Below are positions 32,423 through 42,830 of a stretch of 64,000 nt of DNA, piece after piece. Every line of letters starts with the position of its first letter. Positions within the stretch are counted from its first letter, which is position 1. Origin of the DNA: an uncultured Acidobacteriota bacterium (GTDB lineage: Bacteria; Acidobacteriota; Terriglobia; UBA7540); contig CAWDSK010000006.1 of assembly GCA_963804995.1 (NCBI GenBank), positions 192,001 to 256,000 on the forward strand. The letters are read 5' to 3'. The position numbers and the translations under genes are program-made. The notes below the pieces were generated by a model. It did no database searches. It was given only the letters and a program-made list of their open reading frames with translations, and was not told the DNA's origin.

Positions 32423-32423
<1 letters not shown>
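30270..32423 (+). CDS. Molybdopterin-binding subunit, xanthine dehydrogenase family
   Basis: RSPYAHA, VGGGFGSK, WRAPNHPQ, QDLGTG and GLGEPP motifs. Confidence 0.93.
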
Positions 32424-33409
<986 letters not shown>

Positions 33410-33411
33410 TT

Positions 33412-33630
33412 ATGCCTGAACCTACTCCTCACCCCAGTCAATCCCCGGAACGCTGCCGGCTGCTCCGCTCCAAGTGGATGTTTATCGGGGCAGAGCCTGA
33501 CCCGGCCGATCCCCGCACGGATAGCGGCATCTGCTGGTGTGTGCATACCCAGAATTGCCTGGGACCGGACGGCCAGGTCGTTACGCACGAGAACTGCACC
33601 GCTGCGCGGCCTTGCTACGAACCGCTGTAA
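33412..33630 (+). CDS. Small Cys-rich protein (72 aa)
   Basis: ATG 2 nt after the FAD-subunit stop with AGGAG RBS; six Cys (CRLLRSK, ICWCVHTQNCLGPDG, NC, RPCY). Confidence 0.7.
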   Translation: MPEPTPHPSQSPERCRLLRSKWMFIGAEPDPADPRTDSGICWCVHTQNCLGPDGQVVTHENCTAARPCYEPL

Positions 33631-33772
33631 AGATCAGCCAGGGGGGCCGCCCACCGGAAAGGTCGAAAGACCACCGGATGCGGCGGCCCCCCCTGGTCCC
33701 TCCCCCGCTGATGAAAACGCCGACTGCTCTCCACCCTCTCCCCTATTTGTGTGAAAACGTCACGCACTCTTC

Positions 33773-33825
33773 GTAGGGGCACCCCTTATAGGCCCTGGTG
33801 GAGGGCACCCACGAGGGGCCCCTAC
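33773..33825. repeat. GTAGGGGC...CCCCTAC REP doublet
   Basis: GTAGGGGCACCCCTT...GGGCACCCACGAGGGGCCCCTAC. Confidence 0.6.
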
Positions 33826-33941
33826 GAGACGTGTGGCCGCCACATTGACGGCAGACATTCGGGGGACTATGCTTTGGGAGACGAAAAAGATCTGGCCTGT
33901 TCACCATCAGACGTTGTCCATTTGAGGAGCGACCAAACGCC

Positions 33942-34610
33942 ATGAAGTTCGCGGTATCTGTGGTCTTGTGGCTGTCTCTGTGCCCGACGGGGGCTGGGCT
34001 GGGATTCGGCAGCTTGAAGGTCAGCGGTCATGAGGGAGTGCCCCTCCCAGGAGCGAAGGAGACTGCAGAACAAACCGGCCAGGTTCAAAAGAAGCCTCTC
34101 ACCAACGCAGATATAATCAGTATGGTTAAGGCTGGCCTCGCGGAAAGCACCATCGTCCTGGACATTCAGCTCAGCTCGACGGATTTCGACACGTCCCCCC
34201 CAGAGTTGATCTCACTCAAGAGTCACGGTGTCCCTCAAAAAGTTCTTGATGCCATGCTCACCGCGGGAAGCGCCAAGCCCATCCCACCCCCCGCGCCACC
34301 GGAGCATCCGCAGGCCATCAATACCAAAGGCAGTCCGCCTGACTTCCATAAGATCCGAAAGGTGTATTTAGAGATGGAATGGGCGATGGATGATGACGCG
34401 CGCCCGCGAGACATCAGGGCGATTGAGAAGCACACGTGCTTACGAGTTGTCGATACGCCGGAGGCTGCGGACGCCATTCTGAACTGGACGGTGCCGGGAT
34501 TTACGGGGGCCAGTCTGGTGCTGCTGAACAAGGACCGTCAACCACTCTGGGGCAGGAGTGGCATGACCCCGCCCCTCAAGGCGCTTAAGCAAGTTGTGGG
34601 CTGCCCGTAG
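33942..34610 (+). CDS. Secreted hypothetical protein with small helical N-terminal module
   Basis: GAGGAG RBS; signal peptide; LTNADIISMVKAGL...FDTSP..LISLK..GV...VLDAML. Confidence 0.7.
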   Translation: MKFAVSVVLWLSLCPTGAGLGFGSLKVSGHEGVPLPGAKETAEQTGQVQKKPLTNADIISMVKAGLAESTIVLDIQLSSTDFDTSPPELISLKSHGVPQKVLDAMLTAGSAKPIPPPAPPEHPQAINTKGSPPDFHKIRKVYLEMEWAMDDDARPRDIRAIEKHTCLRVVDTPEAADAILNWTVPGFTGASLVLLNKDRQPLWGRSGMTPPLKALKQVVGCP

Positions 34611-34774
34611 TAGAATCGTGCAGGAAGATAAACGAAGCAACGAGCAGAGTCCCGATTCACTGCGAAAGTCTGCGGACCTGCCGGACAGTTCCACGCTACG
34701 ATTGCTGAGTGTGTGATCCCAGTTGAGCCGGGGCACGGTAAACCGGCCGGCAAGTGTTAAAGGAGAATTCCACA

Positions 34775-35707
34775 ATGACTTCGCGAATCGCTCGTCGGCA
34801 GTTCTTCCAAACCGCGGGAGTGGGCGCCCTCGCCGGGGCAGGCCTGGCGCTTGCGGGGAAGGCGAATCCACCCGCCACGGCTTCTTCCCAATCTTCCCGC
34901 CTCTTGATTGGTTGCACCGCCTATTCTTTTGGCAAGCCCCTGGGCGCCGGAAAGATGACCATGGAGGACTTCATCCTCAAGTGCGTGGAGATGGGTGTGG
35001 GTGGCGCGGAGTTGACCGCATACTGGCTCAAGTCAACCGACCGCGATTACCTCATCGGCTTGCGTCACCTGGCTTTCAAGAACGGCGTGACCATCGCAGG
35101 CGTGGGAAGCGGTCCTGATTCGAGATTACATCTGCTCGAGCCCGACAAGGACAAACGCCGGGAATCCCAGGAAGAGATGAAGAGGTGGATCGATTTCACG
35201 GACACGCTGGGCGCTTCGCACATGCGAATTTTTGCCGGGTCGCTTCCTGACGGTGTTTCCCCCGCACAGGGAATGGACTGGGCGGTGGAATCCATGAAGG
35301 TGGTTTGCGATTACTCGGCCACCAAGGGCATCACGCTGGGCGTTGAAACCCATGGGGGGATCGCGCTCAAGGGTGAGCCGTCCATCGAACTCATTAGCCG
35401 CGTCGATTCTCCTTACGCCGGCTTGTCCCTCGACATCCAGCATCTCACCGGCGATCCGGACACGGACGAAGAGCGGTACAAACAAATCGACGCCTGCGCT
35501 CGTTACACCACACAAACTCATATCACGGACCATTTCGACAACAACCGTCCCATCGACCTCGACCGCATTTGGCAGATCTTCTCGAAACACGGATTCCGGG
35601 GTTACATGTCATTGGAGTACAACGACTCCAAGGGTGATGTTTTTACCGGTGCGCCGCGGTTGATTGAGCGGATGAAGGAACTGAGTAAGAAGTATTCCTC
35701 GGGCTAA
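34775..35707 (+). CDS. Tat-exported sugar phosphate isomerase/epimerase
   Basis: ARRQFF Tat motif; LGVETHGG and GFRGYMSLEY; AAGGAG RBS. Confidence 0.85.
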   Translation: MTSRIARRQFFQTAGVGALAGAGLALAGKANPPATASSQSSRLLIGCTAYSFGKPLGAGKMTMEDFILKCVEMGVGGAELTAYWLKSTDRDYLIGLRHLAFKNGVTIAGVGSGPDSRLHLLEPDKDKRRESQEEMKRWIDFTDTLGASHMRIFAGSLPDGVSPAQGMDWAVESMKVVCDYSATKGITLGVETHGGIALKGEPSIELISRVDSPYAGLSLDIQHLTGDPDTDEERYKQIDACARYTTQTHITDHFDNNRPIDLDRIWQIFSKHGFRGYMSLEYNDSKGDVFTGAPRLIERMKELSKKYSSG

Positions 35708-35936
35708 GCACACTGCCGAGTGACGTAAATCTAAGTGCCTAGGCAGGCTCCGAAGCCCTGCGCCCGAGTGATCATAGCCCTCGGTCGCCGCGGCGACAGA
35801 GGGTGGCGTGCTGCCGGCGCCTTCACCAGCCGGAGCGCGACGGGTGAGGGGTTACTTCCGGCGGGTAATGAACCCAACCGCAGGTGCAGCATCTGGGCAT
35901 GTGTGCGCTTACCACATTCGGTTTATAGAGAACGGC

Positions 35937-36716
35937 TCATCTGTCTGTCGCCATGAAACTTGAAAATCCATAATTGGCGTTCTCACCCGTGGTCCCGTCG
36001 ATAAAGAACCCCATGCCCGGATTGCCGCTCTTAAAGGTATCGTCGGTGGTTTGGACCATCTGGACACCGTTGATGTAGACGGTGAGCACGTTTCCGATCA
36101 TCGTGGCCTTGACCACATCGCCATCCGCCACTCCGAATTTCGAACCCCCGGAATTTTTTACGTAGCTAAACTTTCCCAAGGGTCCTTCCCACCGCGCGAT
36201 ATTGCAGTAGGCGTCGGGCTTTTTTGAGCAGCGGAACATGACTTCATACCCCGTGCAGGTGTGGGGGGAAATGGTGCTCCGCAGGCGCAGCTCCACCTCT
36301 TCCCAGACCTTGTCGCTCTGGTTCTGGTTTACGGAGTGGACGGTGGCTTGGACGGTTTGGTTCGGCCCCCAGGTGCCCGTCAGGAGAGCCGCGGCATCGT
36401 CGTATTTTTGTGGCTCCGGTCTCAATCCGCCGATCTCCAGCCCATAGGCAAGCCCGGGACGTGTCCGCACGTCGGCCCAATCCAGACCATCCTTCTGGCC
36501 GTTTGACCAGTGGCCACCTTCAGAAATGGGATTCTCAGCGCGGGGGAAGTTGGTACTGTAAGGCCCGTGCGTCCCCGCGGGAGCAGAAGCGGCCGGCGGC
36601 ATGTTGGCGCTCCTCGTCACCAGCGGCCAGAGCGCTATAACCAGCGCGATTGCCGATGCTCCCAATGCGAGCTTGCGTTTCGCATCCCTGTAATCCATCC
36701 GTGAATACTGAGGCAT
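35937..36716 (-). CDS. Secreted hypothetical protein, beta-sandwich (ConA/DUF1080-like)
   Basis: GGAGG RBS; signal/TM segment; GYEV...LTVYINGVQ...SGNPGMG pattern. Confidence 0.65.
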   Translation of the reverse strand: MPQYSRMDYRDAKRKLALGASAIALVIALWPLVTRSANMPPAASAPAGTHGPYSTNFPRAENPISEGGHWSNGQKDGLDWADVRTRPGLAYGLEIGGLRPEPQKYDDAAALLTGTWGPNQTVQATVHSVNQNQSDKVWEEVELRLRSTISPHTCTGYEVMFRCSKKPDAYCNIARWEGPLGKFSYVKNSGGSKFGVADGDVVKATMIGNVLTVYINGVQMVQTTDDTFKSGNPGMGFFIDGTTGENANYGFSSFMATDR

Positions 36717-36903
36717 ACGCCCTCCCGGCAGTTTTCGTCCTTGAGTGTTATTAAGCGGATTCACGTTTATCATATTCGGTGTCGCAGAGCAAGTCGCTCG
36801 CGCCTGGCGGGTGCGCGACATAAATGTAACGCTCTGGGCTGGCTCTTTTTTTGTCGCTTATATCCTAACGTATATGATACGTTAGGATAGAGGAGGCCTT
36901 AAC

Positions 36904-37308
36904 ATGCCCCAATCCCTTGACGTCCTGGAGAACCAACGGGCGGAGTTGATCCGCCAGATCGCCCAACTGGGTGACCTCCGCAGTGGTTCGATCACCAGCA
37001 TTACCGCCCGCTGCGGCAAGTCCAACTGTCACTGTCATCAGCCCCATCATCCCGGCCACGGCCCTAACTTCCGGCTCACTTACAAGGTGCAGGGCCGGAC
37101 CGTCAGCGAAACCTTCCCCAGCCCTGCCGCCCGGCACCAGGCGGAACGACAGATTGCCGAGTTCCGCAGGTTTCAACAACTGCGCCGGGCCTTCGTGGAG
37201 GTGAACGAAAAAATCTGCCGTCAGCGCCCCCTCCCCCAGGAGGCCGAAGCGGCGGAGCAGGAAAAAAAACGGCGGAAGCCATTCAGCGGGAAGTGGCGCG
37301 AGAAGTAG
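36904..37308 (+). CDS. IS orfA (DUF6788-like, Cys/His-rich), probably fused to the transposase by -1 frameshift
   Basis: GSI...RCGKSNCHC...GHGP motif; GAGGAGG RBS; A8 run at 37262-37269. Confidence 0.8.
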   Translation: MPQSLDVLENQRAELIRQIAQLGDLRSGSITSITARCGKSNCHCHQPHHPGHGPNFRLTYKVQGRTVSETFPSPAARHQAERQIAEFRRFQQLRRAFVEVNEKICRQRPLPQEAEAAEQEKKRRKPFSGKWREK

Positions 37309-38621
37309 AGTCCCTGCTGGCGGTGATCTTTGCTGGGCGGCGCAAGTCCGGGACGCTGGATTTGGAAGCCGTCGAGATGGCCACACGCGCGGCCATGCAC
37401 CGGGCGGGGGCGGCGGTGCTGGAGGAGTTGCTGGCCGCCCCGGACGAGTGCCCTCGCCAAGTTCCCTGCGGCTGTGGTCGGGGGGCCCCCTACCGCGGCA
37501 GGCGTCGGAAGCAACTGCTGACCGTGCTGGGGCGGGTCGAGACCGAGCGTCCCTATTACGTTTGTCCGGCCTGTCACCGGGGACAGAGTCCCCGCGATCA
37601 GGAACTGGATGTGGAGGGCACGGAATATTCTCCTGGGGTGCGACGGATGATGGCGGTGGTGGGCAGCGAAACCTCCTTTGCGCTCGGTCGAGAACAACTG
37701 CAACTGCTGGCCGGGTTGGAGGTGACCACCAAGGCCGTGGAACGGCAGGCAGAGGCTCTGGGCGCCGAGATTGCCGCCCAGGAACAAGCCTCGATCCAGC
37801 AAGGCCTGCAACGGAACTTGCCGCAGGTGAGGGGACCGGAAATTCCGGTACTCTATGTGGAGATGGATGGGACGGGAGTACCGGTGGTGAGTTCGGAAAC
37901 CGAGGGTCGAGCGGGGAAACAGAGCGAGCAAGCGCGCCCGCGGGAAGTGAAATTAGGTTGTGTCTTCGCCCAGACGACACGGGATGCCCGGGGCCGACCG
38001 GCGCGCGAAGAAGGCTCCACCACCTACACGGGAGGCATCGAAACGGCCGAGGTTTTTGGGCGACGCATCTACCTCGAAGCATATCGTCGGGGCTGGAACC
38101 GGGCCCAAAAGAAAGTGGTGATCGGCGATGGTGCTCCTTGGATTTGGAACCTCACCGCCGAGCACTTTCCGGGAGCCATTCAGATTGTGGATCTTTATCA
38201 TGCCCGACAGCACTTATGGGAGCTGTCGGGCCAGCTCTGGCCCACCGACGAGCGCCACCGCCGAAGGTGGACCAGAAAACGGGAGGAGAAGTTGGAGAGC
38301 GGGCGGATCGAATCCCTAGTGCGCGATTTGCGCTCGCTGTTCCCAGCCACGCCCGAAGCCGCCGAACTCTTGCGCCACGCGGCAGATTATTTTACCGTCA
38401 ACGCCCAACGGATGCGCTATCCGACCTTTCGGCGTCAGCATCTGTTCGTAGGTTCCGGGGTCGTCGAAGCCGGCTGCAAAACCCTCATCGGCACTCGGCT
38501 GAAGCGCTCCGGTATGTTCTGGAGGGTCCGCGGGGCCAATGCCATCATCGCCCTTCGCTGCCATCGCTTGAGCGGCAAATTCGAGGATTACTGGGAGAAC
38601 CGTCGCCCCCGCGCGGCCTGA
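37293..38621 (+). CDS. ISKra4-family DDE transposase (orfB)
   Basis: MDGTG, REVKLG, IGDGAPWIW, VDLYHARQHL, GSGVVEAGCK and RLKRSGMFW motifs. Confidence 0.9.
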   Translation: MAREVESLLAVIFAGRRKSGTLDLEAVEMATRAAMHRAGAAVLEELLAAPDECPRQVPCGCGRGAPYRGRRRKQLLTVLGRVETERPYYVCPACHRGQSPRDQELDVEGTEYSPGVRRMMAVVGSETSFALGREQLQLLAGLEVTTKAVERQAEALGAEIAAQEQASIQQGLQRNLPQVRGPEIPVLYVEMDGTGVPVVSSETEGRAGKQSEQARPREVKLGCVFAQTTRDARGRPAREEGSTTYTGGIETAEVFGRRIYLEAYRRGWNRAQKKVVIGDGAPWIWNLTAEHFPGAIQIVDLYHARQHLWELSGQLWPTDERHRRRWTRKREEKLESGRIESLVRDLRSLFPATPEAAELLRHAADYFTVNAQRMRYPTFRRQHLFVGSGVVEAGCKTLIGTRLKRSGMFWRVRGANAIIALRCHRLSGKFEDYWENRRPRAA

Positions 38622-38886
38622 CCCACACAGATTTGTCGCACACCCGCGCCTGGCTCTGCGCTGTCGGCTGTTGGCGGTTAGCCATCGGCCGGTAGGAGTT
38701 GGGCGATGGGACCTAGGCGCTGGGCGTCAGATCCTGAATCCTACGTGCCACCGGGTAACCTTTTCATAACATCACGTTCAGCGTTTTTCGGACCGTGGCT
38801 CTTCCCTCTGCGCCACGCCTCCCCCGCCATGACTGCCCTCACCGTGGAGGGTTGAACGCCCTGGCTCGTGGTGGTAATCTGCGGGC

Positions 38887-39054
38887 GTGTCAAACGTCCA
38901 CCGTCGGTACCTCACTGAGCGAATCTTCTTTGTCAACGTAAACCTTCATCCCAGGATCAGGCGATTTAACGAATCTGAATACGCCTTGCTTAATGAGCAT
39001 CAGGAGTACGTGCAACTGAATCCCGTGGAGAAAAGGCTGGTGAAGCGGGGGTAG
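38887..39054 (+). pseudogene. Internally deleted REP-associated tyrosine transposase (RAYT) remnant
   Basis: 55-aa frame VSNVHRRYLTERIFFVNVNL...EYVQLNPVEKRLVKRG*, joining a RAYT-like N-terminus to the Y-x-x-x-NPV catalytic motif; HUH middle missing. Confidence 0.55.
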
Positions 39055-39139
39055 CCACGGTGTCGCCGCGGCGACCCGTCGTGACCGTAGGTTCTTAGGG
39101 ATGAATTAGAGGCCCGACTTATATTCCAGGGAGGAAACC

Positions 39140-40150
39140 ATGATAAGCAACAAGTTTGATCGTCGATATTTCCTGAAGGCTGGCGGTGTGTCAGCACTAG
39201 GAACTCAGATGGCATTCGCAGGCAATCCTGCCCTGGGGCCAGAGTCAACGCCTGCAACCCCGCCGCATGAAAAGGGATTCCCCCAGCTCGCAATCCTTAC
39301 TCGGTACTCGCCACAGAAGTTGGCATTTGCCGCGTCTGCGGAATATCAAGGCGTAGTGATCAGCGTGGATCGTTTCTTTAATCCCAAGCTGTCGGATTCG
39401 CAGATTGATCAGATTCTCACTACCGCACGGCAGGCTAATCTCCGCATCATCAGTATCGAGTGCATGGATCCCAATCACATCGCGCGCGATCCCGCTAAGC
39501 GCCGTGAGGCGATCGCCGACTTCATCCAATACCTTGAATTGGGGCATCGCCTGGGGTGCAAATTTGTAGGTACCTTCAGCGGAGGCATGGCGGGAGCTTC
39601 CATCGAGGATCAAGCGAAGGCCTTGGCAGAGGTCTTCAATGAGCACTACTTGCCGGTCTGTGACAAGCTGGACATCACCATGGGATGGGAAAACTATCCT
39701 TGCGACACCAACTTTGCCACGGTTCCTGGCGCCTGGGAAAAGATATATGATCTCGTTCCCAGCAAGCGTCTCGGCCTTGAATTCGATCCTTCACATTTGG
39801 TGCGGCAGTACATCGACTATGTTCAAGCGGCTTGGGATTTCAAGGAAAGGATCCTGTCTGTACACGCGAAGGATACAGAGATCATCGAGCCGGTTCTGCA
39901 AAAGGTAGGAATTTATGGCAAGGGGTGGTGGCGTTACCGCATCCCCGGCCAGGGGTTAATCGATTGGCCGAAGTTTATTAATGTTCTCTTGCAGGCAAAT
40001 TACCAAGGCGGAATCGTGGTTGGGCATGAGGATCCTTTTTGGGATGAACCACCCAGTAACGACTCAGCGGAATTCCCCCAAGCTCGCAAAGATGGTTTCA
40101 TTCTTGCCTCGCGCTTTCTGCGCATGTTTTTGCCGGGGCGTTTGAGCTAA
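39140..40150 (+). CDS. Tat-exported sugar phosphate isomerase/epimerase
   Basis: DRRYFLK Tat motif; WENYP, GLEFDPSH, HAKD and PGQGLIDW. Confidence 0.87.
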   Translation: MISNKFDRRYFLKAGGVSALGTQMAFAGNPALGPESTPATPPHEKGFPQLAILTRYSPQKLAFAASAEYQGVVISVDRFFNPKLSDSQIDQILTTARQANLRIISIECMDPNHIARDPAKRREAIADFIQYLELGHRLGCKFVGTFSGGMAGASIEDQAKALAEVFNEHYLPVCDKLDITMGWENYPCDTNFATVPGAWEKIYDLVPSKRLGLEFDPSHLVRQYIDYVQAAWDFKERILSVHAKDTEIIEPVLQKVGIYGKGWWRYRIPGQGLIDWPKFINVLLQANYQGGIVVGHEDPFWDEPPSNDSAEFPQARKDGFILASRFLRMFLPGRLS

Positions 40151-40317
40151 TCCGAAGAGGAGCGGCTACGCTTAGCGTTTTTTGACCGTGCGGGCTTTCC
40201 CTTTGATGACGAACGGGAGCACGGGAATCCCGTAAGAACTCGGGACACGGGATACGGGACTCGGGATTCGGGGCTGGGGACTAGGTGGTGGGTGCTCGGG
40301 GTCGAAGGGCGCAACGG

Positions 40318-40683
40318 TCAAGGACGCGTAGGCCGGCGGTTCCGAATCTTGTGGTCCGATGCTACAACAAAACAGCCAGCCCACGAGCCCACATCTTCGG
40401 TTTCAAATATTATTCGCACGCGTTCGAGCAGCGCTCGGCGGGAAGGAATCCTCAGTCGCACGAGGAGCAAGCCGTGATGGGTGCCCGGAGTGAATCGTCG
40501 CACATCAGAAAAATCGAGGTCCTGCGTGATGAAGAATCGCCCCTCGCGCTGCGCGGCTTCCCACACCGTGACATCATTGGCACCGCCAAGCCTTTCCTGG
40601 GGGACGGTTTCGATATCATGACCGCGCGCAGCTAGAAGTGCGGAAAGACCCGCGGGCAGATTTTCGTCCAACTTGATATTCAT
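40318..40683 (-). CDS. DUF5615 PIN-like toxin (VapC45-like)
   Basis: IKLDENLP, ITQDLDFSD and GLLLVRL motifs. Confidence 0.85.
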   Translation of the reverse strand: MNIKLDENLPAGLSALLAARGHDIETVPQERLGGANDVTVWEAAQREGRFFITQDLDFSDVRRFTPGTHHGLLLVRLRIPSRRALLERVRIIFETEDVGSWAGCFVVASDHKIRNRRPTRP

Positions 40684-40943
40684 CCGATGTGGGGCGCGGC
40701 GGGCGTGGGAAGATCCTCCTCGGCCGAGGCGGCGGCGAAGGCGATGGCTGATCTCAAATCCTCCGGTGCAAGCGACGGAAAATCCGCCAGGATTTGGTCG
40801 ATCGTGTCCCCTTCCGCTAAGCTGGCTAGAACGGTGCGCAAGGGTACCCGTGTTCCCTTGAACACCGGCTCACCCCCGCATACCTCGGGATCGCGTATGA
40901 TTCGCTCGCTATAGCGGGCAATATTGTTTTTGCTTGGACTCAT
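40680..40943 (-). CDS. DUF433 antitoxin (VapB45-like)
   Basis: DPEVCGGEPVFKGTRVP...ILADFPSL; 4-nt overlap with the toxin. Confidence 0.88.
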   Translation of the reverse strand: MSPSKNNIARYSERIIRDPEVCGGEPVFKGTRVPLRTVLASLAEGDTIDQILADFPSLAPEDLRSAIAFAAASAEEDLPTPAAPHIG

Positions 40944-41011
40944 TTTTCCCAGCTTCCCCCTCTGCTCGAATCATACCATCGAACCGGCAAGGACGCGAAT
41001 CACCCAGAGAG

Positions 41012-41082
41012 GTAGCGGCGAGTTCACCTCGCCATATGGCGGCGTCCCGATAAGATCGGGATAGATTCTGCCGCCTCTACAC
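41012..41082. repeat. REP doublet, inverted copy of 7016-7086
   Basis: GTAGCGGCGAGTTCACCTCGCCATATGGCGGCGTCCCGAT...CCGCCTCTAC. Confidence 0.8.
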
Positions 41083-41179
41083 CAACCTGCAGCCGAATTG
41101 CAATTCCCCTCAAAATGTGGTAAAAAAGTCCATGCGCGGATCTTTCTGTAGGGAGGTCTGCTGGGTGGAGGATTTAAGT

Positions 41180-41851
41180 ATGAGGAATATCACGGGCTAT
41201 TTTGTTATTAGCCTGTTATTGCTATCTGGTTTGGCTGTTTCTGGCAAGGCGGCTATCAAAGGCGACTACCTGGAAGTCCGCAGCGCGGACGTTTACACGG
41301 GTCCCTGCTTTGCCAACTCAGAAGTGAATCTGATGGGCGACGAAGCGATTTTGGCCTGGAAAATTTCGGAAGGCAGTTGGAAGGGTGTCGACCTCGCAGG
41401 TCTGAGCGTAGTGGGCGTTGTAAAAGCCAAGGCCACGCTGGGCGATCCGTATACAAATCCCTATCCTGCCGAGTCCGTGTTAATCTTGGACTCCCGGGCC
41501 AGCAGCGCGCAGCGCACGGCGCTGAAGGATTTTGCCGCAGCGAATGCCGCGGGATTGCTGGACCACGTGGTGCGCGTTAACATCGCGCCCATCCAGTTGA
41601 CGGTCGAGCATGGCGATCAGCACGGCGTCGCGAAGTTGGTGGCGGGGAATCTGGCCCGCATTGAGACGCGCAGCCTCTGCTCCGGCGACCACTATTGTGG
41701 AAACGAGTTTGTCTACTATCCGCCTCTCGTCACGCTCGCTCACTCCATGCCGGCGTACACTTTGGACGATTCCTTCTCGGGCCAGGGTCTGGGTGTGGTT
41801 TGGAAGCATGTGGACAAGCGTAGCGCCTTCGTCGGGGCCTTTACCCTATAA
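41180..41851 (+). CDS. DUF1326-like secreted protein
   Basis: GDYLEVRSADVYTGPCFANSE and HYCGNEFVYYPPL motifs; signal peptide; GGAGG RBS. Confidence 0.75.
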   Translation: MRNITGYFVISLLLLSGLAVSGKAAIKGDYLEVRSADVYTGPCFANSEVNLMGDEAILAWKISEGSWKGVDLAGLSVVGVVKAKATLGDPYTNPYPAESVLILDSRASSAQRTALKDFAAANAAGLLDHVVRVNIAPIQLTVEHGDQHGVAKLVAGNLARIETRSLCSGDHYCGNEFVYYPPLVTLAHSMPAYTLDDSFSGQGLGVVWKHVDKRSAFVGAFTL

Positions 41852-41876
41852 CAGTTCCGGTAACCAAAGTTTTATC

Positions 41877-41910
41877 AACGGGAAACTCTCTTGCGAGAGT
41901 TTCCCGTTTT
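41877..41910 (+). terminator. Intrinsic terminator-like hairpin
   Basis: AACGGGAAACTCTC-TTGC-GAGAGTTTCCCGTT followed by T-rich tail. Confidence 0.65.
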
Positions 41911-41946
41911 GTGTTTATAACATCTAATGAAGAAGGAGGCTTACTG

Positions 41947-42612
41947 ATGAAATTGTACCGTGCAATTGGATTGATCTTGGCAACTCAACTTTTGGTGGTG
42001 GCAACCGCCCTGGGCCAGGGTGGCTACAAGGTGGAAGCGATAGGCGCGGCGCCGGGGGACGTTCCGGCCGCGGTCCAAAGCCTTCTCGACTCGCAGGGAG
42101 CGCGCGTGGCCAATGACCAGGGCGCCCCGCTCTGTGAAGTTTGGCTGCGCAAGGCCATTCCCACCAGCTCGACCCCCGCATCAGCATCCGACATCATTAA
42201 TGGAGCATTAACGGAAGGAACTTTCCTGGGAGTCCTGCACTTCCCCACAGCGGGAGCGGACTTTCGGGGTCAGGCGATCAAGGCAGGCTTCTACACGCTG
42301 CGCTACGCTTTGATCCCCCAGGATGGAAACCATATGGGCGTGAATCCCTATCGCGATGCGCTGGTCCTCACTCCGGTCGCGGCTGACGCGACGCCTGACA
42401 AGGTGGCGACGCCGGACAACTTGATCAAATTGGGGCGCCTGGGGTCCGGCACGCCTCATCCCGGATTTCTGGTGGGCGCACAAGTGAACGGTGCCACGTT
42501 CCCCTCAGTCGTAAAGGACGATCAGGGCCACTGGAATCTACAGGTGAAAGGACATGCAGCAAGCGGAGACCTGCCCCTAGCCATCACCGTGGTCGGCAAG
42601 TGGGAAGGGTGA
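41947..42612 (+). CDS. Secreted hypothetical protein
   Basis: AAGGAGG RBS; signal peptide; DFRGQAIKAGFYTLRY..IPQDGNHMGV. Confidence 0.75.
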   Translation: MKLYRAIGLILATQLLVVATALGQGGYKVEAIGAAPGDVPAAVQSLLDSQGARVANDQGAPLCEVWLRKAIPTSSTPASASDIINGALTEGTFLGVLHFPTAGADFRGQAIKAGFYTLRYALIPQDGNHMGVNPYRDALVLTPVAADATPDKVATPDNLIKLGRLGSGTPHPGFLVGAQVNGATFPSVVKDDQGHWNLQVKGHAASGDLPLAITVVGKWEG

Positions 42613-42830
42613 GGACATTTGGGATTTTAGATTTTGGATTTTGGATTGAGGCCGTGAGCCTTCACCGTGGTTGGCACGTAGGAAGGGTGAGGGCATTTTC
42701 GATTTTAGATTTGCGATTTGCGATTTTCGATTTGTGATTTTCGATTGGTCCGCTGGGCGCAAGGGTGTTCATATAGGGAGTTTGTGAAGCGCCGGGCGGG
42801 AAGTTCCAAGATCGAACAGAAAGCAAGGTT

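Larger units (their letters stand above)
36809..38645 (+). mobile_element. Complete ISKra4-family insertion sequence (1837 bp)
   Basis: TIRs GGGTGCGCGACATAAATGT / (rc) GGGTGTGCGACAAATCTGT; 9-bp target duplication GCGCCTGGC at 36800-36808 and 38646-38654. Confidence 0.92.
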
